Source: Mustelus asterias
Lineage: Eukaryota
Assembly: GCF_964213995.1 (NCBI RefSeq)
Contig: NC_135807.1
Coordinates: forward strand, 66,340,001 to 66,404,000
DNA: 64,000 bases
Direction: 5' to 3'
How positions within the stretch are numbered: position 1 is the first letter of the stretch; each line of letters begins with the position of its first letter. A program made the position numbers and the translations under genes. Below are positions 61,461 through 64,000 of this stretch, one piece after another. The notes beneath the pieces were generated by a model. That model saw nothing but the letters and a program-made list of their open reading frames with translations. It was not told where the DNA came from and did not search any database.

Positions 61461-61570
61461 ATCTGTTTCTTCAGAGCCCCATTCTTTGACCTCTTTCATC
61501 AATCTCCCTCACTCAATCATTCCTTCAACTACATTCCTGTCACTCCCTCCCCTGGTCTCCAGTTCACTGT

Positions 61571-61628
61571 AAGAGTTTTAACAACGCCAGGTTAAAGTCC
61601 AACAGGTTTATTTGGTAGCAAATACCAT
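61571..61628 (-). mobile_element. 58-bp PLE family-2 fragment
   Basis: 13-bp TSD TCCAGTTCACTGT at 61558-61570 and 61629-61641. Matches the pLTR sequence immediately downstream of the HHR. Confidence 0.88.
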
Positions 61629-62167
61629 TCCAGTTCACTGTCACTGCCCCTGCCCATGCCTCAGTACATAGAACATAGAACATAGAACGGTACAGCACAG
61701 TACAGGCCCTTCGGCCCTCGATGTTGTGCCGAGCTTTGTCTGAAACTGAAACACTGAAAGTCCACTGAAACTCCCCTCACCCAAACCCCAGTCTGGTCAT
61801 CTGTTCCCTGCAGAGCCATGACCCATAGTCCCTATTTGCCCTCTTCCAAACAACACTGTTCCTCACCATCCTCTCTCTCTCTCTCCCTCTCACTCTACCC
61901 CACTCAACTCTGGGAAGCTCCGTTAGCTGGTGCTATTGCTGGTCAGCCCCATTCAGGCCCAGCTCTCCCAGTGAAAGTTGGTGACGTGGTGGAGCAGGGC
62001 AGCGGCTGCAGCAGTGAGAAATTGTAAGGGTGCAGTTCTGCTGGGGCGCTTGCAGGAGTACCCTGTAGGTTCATGCCACATTCCTAGAGATTTTCTGGCA
62101 ACCTGGGAGCGTTGGAAATGCTAGAGTACATGTGACATTGCATTAGTAATAATAGAATAGAAACAAC

Positions 62168-62585
62168 TAAGAAAGAATTCCATTTATACAGCACGAAACA
62201 TGATCACTGGGTGTCTCAAAGTTCTTTATAGCCAATGAAGTTCTTTTGAAGTGTCTTCACTGTTGTAATGTAGGAAATAGCACACCAATGTGTGTACAGC
62301 AAGATCCCACAAACAACGATGTAATAATGTCCAGATAATCTGCCTTTTTGTGAGGTTGATTGACGGATAAATATCCCATGCTCTTCTTCAAAAGAATGCT
62401 GTAGGATCTTTAACGTCGACCCAAGGAAGGTTGATGGGGTTTCAGTTTTACATCGCATACACAAAATGGCACCCCTGACAGTACGGCACTCCCTCAGTTA
62501 GCATTTTTTCTGTATTTAAGACCAGGAATTGGACTTGAACCCTGAACCTTGTGAGTCAGAGGCAAGAATACGACCAACTGAGCCA
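62168..62585 (-). mobile_element. Deu-domain SINE
   Basis: Reverse complement is homologous to 45898-46492, with head GGCTCAGTTGGTCG..GGTTCAAGTCC. Confidence 0.85.
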
Positions 62586-63491
62586 GGGATGACACAAAGA
62601 AGAATTTATATCTTAAATATCAAATCATTAAATTGAATAGAGGAAGAAGGGCCCTTGGTGTGTCATTAACCTGACAGAACCTGTGGCTAAGGGTTAAAGC
62701 AATGGAATACAAAGCAGGGAGGTAAGGTTAATCTTGTACAAAACTGTTTTAGGCTGGAGTTGGAAGATGGCATCGGATTTTGATCCTGTAAGATCAATGA
62801 TCCCATGCTATGAAGATGGGTCAAGGTCAAAGTTGGGTCAGGATGATGGTCCAGTGGACAATCTGCACAGGAGGACACTACAGCTCACCCCTGCCTTGGG
62901 ATAAAAAAATTCCGCATGGACTAGATGATAGCGTTGGTAATCTGAAAATATGAAGGAAAAGAAAGAAAGTGCCTTCTTTTGCTTAAATTTCTCCTTATAT
63001 TCGACGTCTGTCAAACAAGAAAAGAGCAGCAACAGGGGTGACTGGCAGACACTGATAAATGAATAGGGAACTTTCACAATTGAGTTACAATTCATTAGAG
63101 TATTCATTTCCTTTAACATGCTATTTGTACAATGCGTTACAGCTATTGTTACATTCACATAGACATTTCAACTTAGTAACAAGCCTTTAAGACCATAATA
63201 ATTGCAAAATATAAACTCAACCTCTGGCCCGGATTGTTCTAGCATTAAACATTCAAAAGTATTCAAGAGCAGTTCGGTGGGTGGTACTTACAGTGGCTTC
63301 AGGGAAACGGTTGACAGTTCTGCATGGAAAGTTCTGCTCCAGCAATGAGTGACAATTATAAAACCAGATGTAAGCTGTTGGCAAAGGTTAAAAGCACCAG
63401 AAAAATCTACGCTTGTCTGACAGGAGCAACCTTCAATGTGCATTGTTAATATTTCCATTCTGCCGTATCCTAGACCACTTAGAAAAACATT

Positions 63492-63593
63492 AAAGAACTT
63501 GCATTTATATCGTGCCTTTCACAACCACAAGATGTCCCAAACCACTTTTCATCCAATGAAGTACTTTTGAAGTGTGGTTACTTTTGTAATGCA
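63492..63593 (-). mobile_element. Deu-SINE 3' tail fragment
   Basis: GAACTTGCATTTATATCGTGCCTTTCAC..CCAATGAAGTACTTTTGAAGTG matches 62168-62270. Confidence 0.75.
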
Positions 63594-64000
63594 GAAGACA
63601 GAGCTGAGAGAGTTGTTAAGAAGCAGTTTGACATTGTGGATTCTTGTCTACTGGTTTCATCAATGCTTATTTGGTTCCAATCTCTTATATCATAAGGTAT
63701 GGGCTGAAATTTTCTGACCATTATCACTGGCGGGATAGTCTAGTCTCATCGATGGTCAACACCCATCATGGGTTTCCCGGCAGCAGGGAAGTGCATAAAA
63801 CAGGAACTTCACTGACAGGATCAGAGGGTCCTGCTGCCAGCCAATTGCAGGCTGCCTCCACCTCTGTGAGATGCGCTGAGGTGGGGTGGGGCGGGGGTGG
63901 GGGGGGGGGGGTGTAATCCCAGGAATCCCACACACCCATGGTCTTGTTGTGTTACTGTGTTTTTTACTTTACTGAGAAACACAAACTATGCACAATCTAC

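Overview
Repeat-dominated vertebrate DNA, almost certainly from an elasmobranch (shark). The inference rests on HE1-type V-SINEs, Deu-domain SINEs and shark-type CR1 LINEs. No host protein-coding gene, rRNA, tRNA gene or CRISPR array can be supported; the window looks intergenic or intronic. All convincing ORFs are transposon-derived: CR1, L2, Rex1/Babar and a further APE-RT LINE, Penelope-like elements (PLEs), two PIF/Harbinger relics (transposase plus Myb/SANT) with many MITEs, and one Gypsy LTR relic. The most notable signal is a set of minimal hammerhead ribozymes (HHRs) in several PLE families. Each lies about 30-45 nt downstream of a TATA-like box and shows compensatory base changes (stem I covariation and a C3-G8 to U3-A8 swap). 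Short PLE insertions begin either just upstream of the ribozyme or exactly at its predicted self-cleavage site. A second notable signal is a LINE whose 5' end is a tRNA-derived SINE head, with a SINE family that looks like its internal-deletion derivative. Family names are from recognition by eye with no database search, and coordinates of old, degraded repeats are approximate.
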